Shown piece after piece: positions 45,001 to 55,499 of a DNA stretch of 64,000 nucleotides. A model generated the notes under the pieces. That model ran no database searches. It saw only the letters and a program-made list of their open reading frames with translations, and was not told where the DNA came from. The stretch covers positions 1-64,000 of the forward strand of contig JAUCBJ010002660.1 of NCBI GenBank assembly GCA_032718475.1. The letters run 5' to 3'. The translations under genes and the position numbers were made by a program. The DNA comes from Nemertoderma westbladi. Its lineage: Eukaryota > Animalia > Xenacoelomorpha. The first letter of the stretch is position 1. Every line of letters starts with the position of its first letter.

Positions 45001-45774
45001 GACCTGCTGAGAGGAGCGAGAATGGTGTTCCCTCAGCTGCCCGAGCAGGAGACCCATCTCCCGTCGTCCCTCATCTACCCACTCGACCGCCGAAGCGGGA
45101 GGCGCCAACGTTGTAGCGGGCGGACGAGGGACAACGGGCGACAAATCATTAATATTTCGCTCGGAGTCCAGGACATGAACATTTTCAAGGGTGATTCTGT
45201 GGGGCACAGGTAGCTTAGTGCTGTGCAGGGGGAATTTAGAGGTAGGTTCAGGGAGTACAGGTGTCTCTATCACCGAAGGGGTGGCTTCGAGAACAGGCCC
45301 AATTATTTCAGGCTCATCTACTATAGTAGGGAGTCTTTCTATTTTAATAATTTGGTCTGTGGGTTCTGTACTACCTAAGTCTGTGCTAGCTAGTTGCCTT
45401 CTAACAGCTGGGGGCAAATCAGGCAATTTCTGACGGTGGGACATTCTTCTACGCCTACTTAGACGAGATCTATTTCCTCCGCCTTCAGGATCGGTGGTAT
45501 CGCCTTCATCAGAGGATGTAAATCCCTGTCGTTTGGGAGTAGATCGACTCATCATCTGCATTTGACTAGCTGTTAACTGTTTATTGAAATTGTCTTGCCT
45601 CTCTTGAAGATTTTCCAACTCTAGTTGGGATGTCTCTTCAGATGCCCTACGTTCTGCTTCTGCCACTGCGATCTTTCTTTCCGCTTCTGCCGCTGCCGCT
45701 TTTGCCTCTCTTTCCGCTTCTGCCGCTGCCATTGCCGCTGCTGCTGTCTTTCTTTCCGCTTCTGCCGCTGCCAT
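42010..45774 (-). CDS. BEL/Pao Gag-protease polyprotein with RT and integrase core deleted (1254 aa from an internal ATG)
   Basis: Gag core (KFNGDEMKWLPF...LSNGEKLRFLIRCLEG); knuckles CALCDGPHRLSVC, CYNCLRRGHQWRTC, CAKCGAKHHILLH; protease ALLDSGSTGTF. After that only the RNase H tail (QWRHCP..N..DIASRG..W..GP.FL), SWNRLCKAVVYLKR and the integrase tip (HPVGRLCLLE) remain. Confidence 0.9.
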   Translation of the reverse strand: MAAAEAERKTAAAAMAAAEAEREAKAAAAEAERKIAVAEAERRASEETSQLELENLQERQDNFNKQLTASQMQMMSRSTPKRQGFTSSDEGDTTDPEGGGNRSRLSRRRRMSHRQKLPDLPPAVRRQLASTDLGSTEPTDQIIKIERLPTIVDEPEIIGPVLEATPSVIETPVLPEPTSKFPLHSTKLPVPHRITLENVHVLDSERNINDLSPVVPRPPATTLAPPASAVEWVDEGRREMGLLLGQLREHHSRSSQQVQEMEGTVQQLKGTIRESRLELQEVQQSIALERDKLVNTQKVIPPPPVTMCQPLRSEVFHAQGVEPTRIYTASEVETPIVNPIKGNYKPVDNDIPYRLDNNPRNLYTDNSILNNTMAQESFTRQMARTEARQAVKVGEIVKFNGDEMKWLPFNEYYKDNIQNSVLSNGEKLRFLIRCLEGSPKLMALKFIGHPDGLRQVWDTLNIRNGNRNNIARYLYAKLVAPRKFISSGIIEFSNEIQEICRQLDWLGKSHEYQSSMVIGAVASTLPKGGVGARWDKKVLYMMEQQRRDPTMADLMSFLDGEVKLQLLKQSREKTPENKVSEKPVSRRKVIPVCYTDDGESQASQEEDSGKDTERSYYDNKAPKDVSKFKFRTNDRREQVRKTPPTSPKRIHIRKPEERTSVHNVTQSKVSNIKPKCALCDGPHRLSVCDEFLKKSLKDRREVMWDKRLCYNCLRRGHQWRTCYSDARCAKCGAKHHILLHTEFERNSPSQVSESELHVQFSDVNDTDQCSEMEGFYTDEFSDENESCYLINTAVYRALTYKKDTDSEFPPTTSDRQPSWKAPTSYVGIREFPVVQLRVHGPERSYIVNALLDSGSTGTFIDKELAEDIFAGQPKFRTKLNMSGIMQVWKSTVIADYYVGALSTPQDELGEHSIRSVKMVAIKNFATSQVEPYNWDEDDFTQQFDIPRFNTDYPGVQILIGQNAHEALETLEKRPAQPQPLQAYAGRTRVGWYFTGHSRRTLIERLPKEQVYQVREWEVESSEVDDPTEGTPYSSDNDDINSNVDQWRHCPEMINLDDIASRGATPQELTDTPDWLGGPNFLSKEDEWPPHLTTAEIRQAKGAEKVKPKTRTSKSRLFKPVIDLSVLHISRDDAVDLNSPTANRSVVEIRERDWRSGTPDISQGLSPLLPGAMDHYRSWNRLCKAVVYLKRCFYRHYSRMKRKPGIVFETQQLNHPVGRLCLLERDRELSGNYGRQDTLPTTTSLIQQTSRASPT

Positions 45775-45862
45775 TGCCGCTGCTGCTGTCTTTCTGTCTT
45801 CTATACGTTTTTTCTTTACTTGTTCTTCTTGAACCTTAGCGATGTGGATGCGTTCATCAAAT

Positions 45863-46941
45863 TTAGCAAAAATTAGGGCGAAGTCCAGTCAGCCTTCTCC
45901 TCAACTCTTCATCACCTACAAAGCGTTGATAGTCTGACAGATAGATGTCAATAGCATCCCTCTTATGCGGTTTCTCTGCTGTCGCTTCGCTTTCCACTTG
46001 GGAAAAGGTAGCGTCTGTTGATTCTCCATGGGTTGAGCGTTCAGCCAGCTGAGCTTTCCACTGGGCCGTTCCTTGAACATGGAGACTCACCCGCTGGAAC
46101 CAAGTCTTTACAGCAACTTGCAACGACGTGTCTTGTCTTCTTTTTGAAGCTTCTTCAAAGGCTGATAAGATTAGTCTGATTCTTAGAATTCTTTCTCTAA
46201 CTTGATAAAGCAGCTCTCCCTGCTCTTGAGGTCCTTGGGGTTGTCGAAACAGTTGTTCCTCTAATCGCTCCATAGAGCTGAAGAATCCCTGTACATATCC
46301 TGCTGCTGACCTCTTCCACACAGCTGGATCAATGGTTTCTTTCATTACTCCCATCCTGTGTATGTCTTCCCAGGCAGCTTCCGATAAGTCAAACGGTAGT
46401 CCGGGTCCGGGGAAGTTCCATTGCGACTCGACAATAGACTTCAATTCTTCCCTTGTGTATCCCACATAACTATCCTTGGTCGATGCTTACTTCTCGCCCA
46501 ATCAATCTGGTGTTCCTCCACCGCAATCAATACCCTAGTGAGTACGGCTGCAGGAAGGATGAGAAGGGGATCCGAATAAACCGTATCTGCCATCTTTGCT
46601 CCGCGCTCGGGTGTCAGCTCTACAGTATCCGAACTACTGGAGCTGTCGGTCCGCTGAGAAATAAGTTCTCGGCTAGGGGGTTGTTGCTGTTTGACAGCTG
46701 CTTCTTGATCCTGCTTGACTTGAGCCCGAGTGCCTATGACAGACCTACGGCGCTTCACTAACTTCGCAAATTGCGAAATTGCTTCTACTAACCTAGGTTC
46801 TGACACAGCTACTGTAGGGGTTGCCTTTCTTACAGTAGGAGGGGTCTCAGACCTCGGTCTGGGATTCTCTATACTCCTATCTGAGAAACAGACTGTTGTT
46901 TCTAGGAGACTATCTGACAGAGTTTGCCTTGTGTCAGCCAT
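45863..46941 (-). pseudogene. N-terminal part of the same gag, split by two frameshifts (ORFs 46941-46441 and 46465-45863)
   Basis: The ORFs overlap at 46441-46465. The frame of the 1254-aa ORF is open upstream to ~45888 (LDFALIFAKFDERIHIAKVQEEQ...), overlapping the end of the 200-aa ORF. Confidence 0.65.
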
Positions 46942-47499
46942 GTTTGATTGTACAGTTGAATGCCTACTGCTATATTACAGTTAAAGCAAGTCTAGTAATT
47001 CAGTATCACTGTTAGCCTAGTAATTAATTACCGATATCGTTACTCTATGTAACGTGATATATATACAATATATTAGAGTACCGGTATATACTTATAGTAT
47101 ATATAAGTATTATTACAGACTAGGTTTGTCACAGAATACCAGTATATAATTTCAGCACAAATATATATAAATATATAATAGGCCTATCGTGAATACCGGT
47201 ATACAGCTTACACTTATAATATATATAAGTATAATTATAGACTAGAATTAATTACAGAATACCGGTATAATTTCAGCCTAAATTTATAAAAATAAATATA
47301 ATAAGCCTATTGTAAATACCGGTATGTCAATTATTTTAGAATAATTGAATTTCTGAAATTTAGGGGTTACTTAGTTACTTTACTTTACCTTATTACCGTT
47401 ATTTAAGCAGTAGTCCAACTGATATTAAGACCTAATTGTTGTATGACAGGCCTACTATTTTATAAATCGGTTTGAGTTGATTTATAATATATATACCCC

Positions 47500-48492
47500 T
47501 ATTTATTTATTTATTTATTTATTTATAATCTCGGACACAAACGATCCATTGTACATACAAGGCAGAACTAACTAAACTAAATTTGAGAAATACAGCACAT
47601 TAAAGTAGAATTACACCAAATACGAAAATAAAGGAAATTTAACAATGTATTCCGAATACGATAATTACGTTAAACTTGGATCAAGCACCTTGTGCCACCG
47701 ATCAATCAGAACAGAGTTCACTGAAAAATTAGTTATAATAGCACCAATTAGCGTATTACCTGAGTTATTTACTCTATTTAACAAGGAAAATATAGATTTG
47801 CGCATAATGGCCTTAAAGGTATTTACTCTATTATTAACAAAAATTGTGTCTGCATCGTCACTGCGGGAGTATTTAAACAACAGACGAAAACACATGTTAT
47901 AGGCTACTTTCACTTGTCGCAAAGTTTGAACACGGAAAATAGACCACAAAGAGCTGCAATATAAACTGTAGCAATAAGTTTTGAACAAACATAGTTTAAC
48001 ACCAAGAGAACACCGAGAGAAATTTCTAACTAACAAATTACCTCGACAAAATAAAGAAGATTTAATTTTATTTATGTCTGCTTCATCAGAAAGGTCACAG
48101 CTTATAATGTGTCCCAAGTAAGAAACCTGCTTAACACAGTCTAACGGTTTTCCATTGAGATAGATGTCGCCTGCACGGTGAAAACGATAGGGCATAAAAT
48201 ACAAACAGTGTGATTTGAGTGGATTGAACAAAATATCAAATTTAGCGCCGTAACGCTCACATATCTTGACTAGTGCACGTAACCCAAAAATACTCGGCGA
48301 CAGTAAACACAGGTCATCTGCGTAAAATAAGTGATTTAAAAGACTCTTTCAAACTTTACAACCAACATTAGATTTGTTGAGTTCTACACTTAAGTCATTC
48401 ATATAAATGTTAAATAAGAGCGGGCTGAGCAAACTTCCTTGACGGACACCATTTGAAACCAAAAATGCACCGGAAGAAGCAGAACCCCAGCT
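47500..48492 (-). mobile_element. 5'-truncated LINE (RTE-X-like RT C-terminus) nested in the LTR element leader
   Basis: SNGVRQGSLLSPLLFNIYMNDL...HLFYADDLCLLSPS...FNPLKS...YLGHIIS...LFKTYC with one in-frame stop; (TAAA)n tail at 47500-47526; TSD TATACCCC at 47492-47499 and 48493-48500. Confidence 0.88.
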
Positions 48493-49276
48493 TATACCCC
48501 AGCCCTATAATGGGTTTTGTCAATATTTGAAATAAATGTTATTATTTCTGGGAAGGAGTCACTACACAGAAGCTGTGCGCTCTCAGTGAAGTGCTACTTG
48601 TTGGACACTAAAACAAATAATTATAATTTACCTAAGTTACTTATTACTACAAATTACGTACAATTCAGGGTGAGATTACAATCTCTAAATAAACACAAAA
48701 AAATTACACGTACGAATTTTTAGGGTAATTTTACAAGAAGTCTACAAACCAGCCTAACAAAGGGTTAGAATATCTGGTTATTACAAACAGACAGGATTCT
48801 ACGGTATTTGAAAATAACAAAGCAGTAGTAAATATACTGCGTTGTCCAGATAGGAAAAATACCACCATCTGACGACTTATAGCCGTATCGCTATATAAGT
48901 ACTACATTATGTATCACGGAGTGTTCCTACCTAGAAGTTAATTACCGCGGTCTACCAGAACCAACGTGCCTATTAACCACTTTACAACACAAATATACTG
49001 GCTACACACTAATTACCCTCGGAAAGCACTGTATACTAAACCCTAAATTAGGCACAAGTACTTATGCAACAAATAATCAGCAGTTAGAAATACTTGTACA
49101 GCTAAAAGAACCACGGTATCTGCTGGAGTGACCGGGGCACAAAATCACCAGTCTTTACCTACGCCAAGCAGCCCTGATGTAGTACCGGAGTTAATTTAAC
49201 TATAACGGTATATAACAAGCACAATTACTGTAGGAATAAACTTGGGGATATGACTGTTGCGAATAATCGCATAAAC

Positions 49277-49857
49277 TCTGAATAATAAATATTGCGCTAC
49301 GCGTACAGACTACTCAAACAAAATACAGACCAAACGCTGGCAGACTACTATCAAGCCCAAACAAACTACAGTATATGCAGACTCCGAAATGGTTAGTTAG
49401 TATGCGTTCTAACCGAGTAGTACGACTTATTCTTTCGAGGGGGTTTACCTCACAGCACTGGAAGCCCCTACTTTCCTAACTAGTACTTTATCGGACATAC
49501 ACTCTACACACACCGCAATCTCTTCCGACCTAACAACAGCCAGACAACAATCCAGCCTACAAATTATCTGAATAAGAAATATTACGCTACCCGTACAGAC
49601 TGCACAAACAAAATACAGACCAAACGCTGGCAGACTACTATCAAGCCTAAACATACTACAGTATATGCAAACTCCGAAATGGTTAGTTAGTATGCGTTCT
49701 AACCGAGTAGTATGACTTATTCTTTCGAGGGGGTTTACCTCACAGCACTGGAAGCCCCTACTTTCCTAACTAGTACTTTTTCGGACATACGCTCTACACA
49801 CACTACAATCTCTTCAGACTTAACAACAGTCAGACAACAGTCCAGCCTACAAATTAT
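49277..49857. repeat. Two tandem ~290-bp copies in the 5' leader of the LTR element
   Basis: tctgaataa.aaatatt.cgctac.cgtacagac occurs at 49277 and 49567. Confidence 0.9.
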
Positions 49858-50259
49858 CCGTATAATCTGGGCAGGCTTACACGTCTTCTGCTCAATATTG
49901 GCCTACAAATAAATAAAACTGACAGAAATAAGTAAAATCCCAATAAAAAACCAGGGCGGGCCCTCCCTGATTCAAAATTAAGGCCTACCGGTATATAATT
50001 ATCAAATCGAATAATACTGCTGTACCTGTACTGCTGTAAGTACCGGTCCGGGTGGTTAGGTAGTCAGGCCTACTAGGTACCGGTCGACCGGTACTTCAGC
50101 TTTATTGCCTACTGCAATACAGAAGCAATAACCGTTATTGTTCTTACCAGAACAATATTAAACTGCATTTATTGCCTACACTGCAATCTGAAATCAATAT
50201 CTGTTATTGTTCTTACCAGAACAATAGACAACTATATTTATTGAAGTTATATCTGTTAT

Positions 50260-51427
50260 TGTTCGCGCTTTCAGACCTTTAGCAGTTTAACCTGCCAAAT
50301 TTGGATGTCTTCTAGATTGTAAATCGACTTTAGCCTATGACGAGTATTTGATACACTACATTAGCCGAAGCCAGTCTATGCGCGACCATTCACCCGCTGG
50401 ATATACCCGGGAGACTGGATTCGGAAGCCTAACCTTATTGCGGTGTAGGCCTACTGTATTATTCGACTGATTGTAATATATAATCTCTGACAAATATTAT
50501 TCACTTTCGGGAAATATTAACAGTTCCTTTAGGACGTGGCGCTCTAAATATGTAAACAGAGTTATGACTTACACTAGACACAACGGGATGGCTATGGATT
50601 CACGTATATAGCGCATTCTTTAGGAGATGCTTTATTATCAATCACAATCATGCACACTACTGCACAATGCTGCACACCAATCTGCCGACCTTCACTAATT
50701 TAGTCACATATAAAGAGAACAACGACCGATGCATGTAGTGCCTATGAAATAGCATTAGATTCACTTCAAAACCACTTTAATGTAAGTCGCAATCGTTATA
50801 TGTAACCGGTCTCTCTTACCTTCAGTATATCAAGAAGATTGAGGGTTTTATGATTAATTTATCGATATTATCCAATATAATAATATTCCATCAACTGATA
50901 TAATTAATGACCGACAGTAAATAGCAGTAAAAAATGCGGTGTTTGTAGTTGACAATATGATTAGGTGAGTAGATAACAGATATACATTTCTATGATTAAG
51001 CCTACTAATGTTGGGCTAAAGCCTGAAACCACAGAGATTCCAAAGCCGGTCTTCTGGGCTCAGGAAAAAAGGTAAACATTGACCCATAATGCATTGCACG
51101 ATTTCCCGGAGGTTTCTGTACAAAAAGCAGGAGAATCGCTCTGATTGGTTGACCGAACAAAGAAACAACAGAGAACAAGGAAAAAGCTACATGTGTACAG
51201 ATCAGCTGTTAGCTGTCGTCATAGTAACTACACTGTTTCAAGAGGATTTAGCGTATTGCGACATAGAATTGCTAGTTATGTCCGCTAAAGTACACATACA
51301 GAAGAAATGGCTTTTTATGTCCACTAAAACACCAGTACAGTAAGGAAACGGCCCTTGATGTCCGTTAAAACACCTACAGAGTACTTTGCGGTAAAAATAA
51401 CCACCTAATTCCGCAAAAGCTTTTACA
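50260..51427 (-). repeat. 5' LTR (1168 bp)
   Basis: TGTAAAAGC...GCGCGAACA on the minus strand; CCAAT box (AACCAATCAG) at ~51141-51150; flanked by the TSD CCCAC. Confidence 0.95.
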
Positions 51428-51829
51428 CCCACCACCCATCTGACTGTTTGTAAAAGAGGGAAATTTAAAAAGTTGAAATCCGCTACAGCACTACCGGTAC
51501 TGTAAATTGTTTGAATTGCAATGCAATGTGGGCTGATATTCAGATAGGGTGGGAAACTGGACGCAATAAAAATTCAACCCGTCTCCAGGGGAAATTGGAC
51601 CCAAATAACTGTTGATTACTCTCAAAGATATAACTGTAACCTGTTCTATTGTGTTTAGTTTATTGTTTTGGTTAAAATAACATGCCACTGTAACCTGCTC
51701 CTTTCCCTAAATTGAGAATTTAACATTGAGGCGGGATATTAATTCGTCAAGGCGGGTTTTGCGTCGAGTTCCCCCCACCCCCCCCTGTCTCCTGATATTA
51801 CTAGTGTGCAGTATATTAACTCATTACAG

Positions 51830-52460
51830 CATTAATGCCCGAGTACGGACCCATCCCATCGTCACACCGAAGGGACGATACCACTCGGTAGTGCAGTAAT
51901 GGGATCTGTGGTGGCAGTTTATTTACCACCACGCAGAGTATGAGGTTCGACTGTCAGACTGTGGTGCGAGAACTCCTTCACAGGAAACCACGAATGGAGA
52001 GAAGTTGCCACGCCGAGCTTAAACAGCGTCTGCATTCTGCGTAGAGATGCTACTTCTCTTCTTCGGCCGACTCTAAGACTGACATAGGGGAGCGAGCCAC
52101 CACCACGTACGACCCGGCGTCAAGGTTCACAACCCGAATATCGATCAACGCCTGGGTCTGTGGGTTTTGTGCTCCCCGAATGCCAACGCCGCGCCGAAGA
52201 CCTGCTGGAACGTCGACTCCCTCCTGCTCGCGACTACCAGCTCGAAGACAACGTTACGTGGTCGGTGGTCCGAACGCACGCACCGTGAGATCTCCACAAC
52301 GTCCCGGAATTCGTTGTGCTGTTGACGTGGCCACCCTTTATACAGTTTAAACTGTGGTCCGCATCGACTCTGAATTCGTCGCTCCGGCTAGGCACCGAAG
52401 CCCAGGGCAGAAGGGTGACCGTAGCAGATCGCTAGCCTGTCTCGGAATTCCTGCAGAGAT
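51830..52460 (-). mobile_element. Decayed C-terminus of a restriction-like-endonuclease non-LTR retrotransposon (CRE-like)
   Basis: Frameshifted minus-strand translation: DHSLNCIKGGHV / QHNEFRDVV / VGIRG..PQTQALIDIRVVNLDAGSY / LESAEEEK*..Y / RRGNFSPFVVSCEGVLAP / W.RPFGVTMGWVRTR, i.e. knuckle end, RHN-like motif and PD-(D/E)xK-like region. Confidence 0.75.
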
Positions 52461-52513
52461 AAATCCAGTCGGTGGGGTAGTAAAGGTAGATAGTAAAAGA
52501 GGTAGCCATTTAG

Positions 52514-55418
52514 TAGGTCCTCCAATCCTCAGCTCCCCAATAGGCCCGGATGTAGGTCCATCTCTCCTCAGCTCCCCCAATAGGCCCGGATGTAGGTCCT
52601 CCTCTCATCAGCTCCCCAATAGGCCCGTATGTAGGTCCTCCTCTCCTCAGCTCCCCAATAGGCCCGGATGTAGGTCCATCTCTCCTCAGCTCCCCCAATA
52701 GGCCCGGATGTAGGTCCTCCTCTCCTCAGCTCCCCCAATAGGCCCGTATGTAGGTCCTCCTCTCATCAGCTCCCCCAATAGGCCCGGATGTAGGTCCTCC
52801 TCTCCTCAGCTCTCCCAATAGGCCCGGATGTAGGTCCTCCTCTCATCAGCTCCCCAATAGGCCCGGATGTAGGTCCATCTCTCATCAGCTCCCCCAATAG
52901 GCCCGGATGTAGGTCCTCCTCTCCTCAGCTCTCCCAATAGGCCCGGATGTAGGTCCTCCTCTCCTCAGCTCTCCCAATAGGCCCGGATGTAGGTCCTCCT
53001 CTCCTCAGCTCTCCCAATAGGCCCGGATGTAGGTCCATCTCTCCTCAGCTCCCCCAATAGGCCCGGATGTAGGTCCTCCTCTCCTCAGCTCCCCCAATAG
53101 GCCCGGATGTAGGTCCTCCTCTCCTCAGCTCCCCCAATAGGCCCGGATGTAGGTCCTCCTCTCATCAGCTCCCCCAATAGGCCCGGATGTAGGTCCTCCT
53201 CTCCTCAGCTCCCCCAATAGGCCCGTATGTAGGTCCATCTCTCCTCAGCTCCCCCAATAGGCCCGGATGTAGGTCCTCCTCTCCTCAGCTCCCCCAATAG
53301 GCCCGGATGTAGGTCCTCCTCTCCTCAGCTCTCCCAATAGGCCCGTATGTAGGTCCTCCTCTCCTCAGCTCCCCCAATAGGCCCGGATGTAGGTCCTCCT
53401 CTCCTCAGCTCTCCCAATAGGCCCGGATGTAGGTCCTCCTCTCATCAGCTCCCCCAATAGGCCCGGATGTAGGTCCTCCTCTCCTCAGCTCCCCCAATAG
53501 GCCCGGATGTAGGTCCTCCTCTCCTCAGCTCCCCCAATAGGCCCGGATGTAGGTCCTCCTCTCATCAGCTCCCCCAATAGGCCCGGATGTAGGTCCTCCT
53601 CTCCTCAGCTCCCCCAATAGGCCCGGATGTAGGTCCTCCTCTCCTCAGCTCCCCCAATAGGCCCGGATGTAGGTCCTCCTCTCCTCAGCTCTCCCAATAG
53701 GCCCGTATGTAGGTCCTCCTCTCCTCAGCTCCCCCAATAGGCCCGGATGTAGGTCCTCCTCTCCTCAGCTCTCCCAATAGGCCCGGATGTAGGTCCTCCT
53801 CTCATCAGCTCCCCCAATAGGCCCGGATGTAGGTCCTCCTCTCATCAGCTCTCCCAATAGGCCCGGATGTAGGTCCTCCTCTCCTCAGCTCTCCCAATAG
53901 GCCCGGATGTAGGTCCTCCTCTCCTCAGCTCCCCCAATAGGCCCGGATGTAGGTCCTCCTCTCCTCAGCTCCCCCAATAGGCCCGGATGTAGGTCCTCCT
54001 CTCCTCAGCTCTCCCAATAGGCCCGGATGTAGGTCCATCTCTCCTCAGCTCCCCCAATAGGCCCGTATGTAGGTCCTCCTCTCCTCAGCTCCCCCAATAG
54101 GCCCGGATGTAGGTCCATCTCTCCTCAGCTCCCCCAATAGGCCCGTATGTAGGTCCTCCTCTCCTCAGCTCCCCCAATAGGCCCGGATGTAGGTCCTCCT
54201 CTCATCAGCTCTCCCAATAGGCCCGGATGTAGGTCCATCTCTCCTCAGCTCCCCCAATAGGCCCGTATGTAGGTCCTCCTCTCCTCAGCTCCCCCAATAG
54301 GCCCGGATGTAGGTCCATCTCTCCTCAGCTCCCCCAATAGGCCCGTATGTAGGTCCTCCTCTCCTCAGCTCCCCCAATAGGCCCGTATGTAGGTCCTCCT
54401 CTCCTCAGCTCCCCCAATAGGCCCGGATGTAGGTCCATCTCTCCTCAGCTCCCCCAATAGGCCCGTATGTAGGTCCTCCTCTCCTCAGCTCCCCCAATAG
54501 GCCCGTATGTAGGTCCTCCTCTCCTCAGCTCCCCCAATAGGCCCGGATGTAGGTCCTCCTCTCATCAGCTCTCCCAATAGGCCCGGATGTAGGTCCTCCT
54601 CTCCTCAGCTCCCCCAATAGGCCCGGATGTAGGTCCTCCTCTCATCAGCTCTCCCAATAGGCCCGTATGTAGGTCCATCTCTCCTCAGCTCCCCCAATAG
54701 GCCCGTATGTAGGTCCTCCTCTCCTCAGCTCCCCCAATAGGCCCGGATGTAGGTCCATCTCTCCTCAGCTCCCCCAATAGGCCCGTACGTAGGTCCTCCT
54801 CTCCTCAGCTCCCCCAATAGGCCCGTATGTAGGTCCTCCTCTCCTCAGCTCCCCCAATAGGCCCGTATGTAGGTCCTCCTCTCCTCAGCTCTCCCAATAG
54901 GCCCGGATGTAGGTCCTCCTCTCCTCAGCTCCCCCAATAGGCCCGGATGTAGGTCCTCCTCTCCTCAGCTCCCCCAATAGGCCCGGATGTAGGTCCTCCT
55001 CTCCTCAGCTCCCCCAATAGGCCCGGATGTAGGTCCTCCTCTCCTCAGCTCTCCCAATAGGCCCGGATGTAGGTCCTCCTCTCCTCAGCTCCCCCAATAG
55101 GCCCGGATGTAGGTCCTCCTCTCCTCAGCTCTCCCAATAGGCCCGGATGTAGGTCCTCCTCTCCTCAGCTCTCCCAATAGGCCCGGATGTAGGTCCTCCT
55201 CTCCTCAGCTCCCCCAATAGGCCCGGATGTAGGTCCTCCTCTCCTCAGCTCTCCCAATAGGCCCGGATGTAGGTCCTCCTCTCCTCAGCTCCCCCAATAG
55301 GCCCGGATGTAGGTCCTCCTCTCCTCAGCTCCCCCAATAGGCCCGGATGTAGGTCCTCCTCTCCTCAGCTCCCCCAATAGGCCCGGATGTAGATCATCCT
55401 CTCCTCAGCTCCCCCAAT
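52514..55418. repeat. 40-bp minisatellite, about 72 copies
   Basis: Unit ctcctcagctcccccaataggcccggatgtaggtcctcct. Confidence 0.97.
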
Positions 55419-55499
55419 ACATCCACCAAGGAATAGATGGCCCGATACTATATTTATGTTGTGGCCCCAAAAACTCGTTCAGTCTCCTGCACAAACTCG

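Larger units (their letters stand above)
37983..51427 (-). mobile_element. Complete but non-autonomous BEL/Pao LTR retrotransposon (13.4 kb)
   Basis: Two 1168-bp LTRs with TGT...ACA ends; 5-bp TSD CCCAC at 37978-37982 and 51428-51432; PPT next to the 3' LTR; Gag with three Cys/His knuckles and an aspartic protease. Confidence 0.95.

Noticed and set aside
52514-55418. Hammerhead ribozyme satellite (the minus strand contains CTGAGGA/CTGATGA)
   Set aside because: The unit has no GAAA core partner and no three-stem arrangement.
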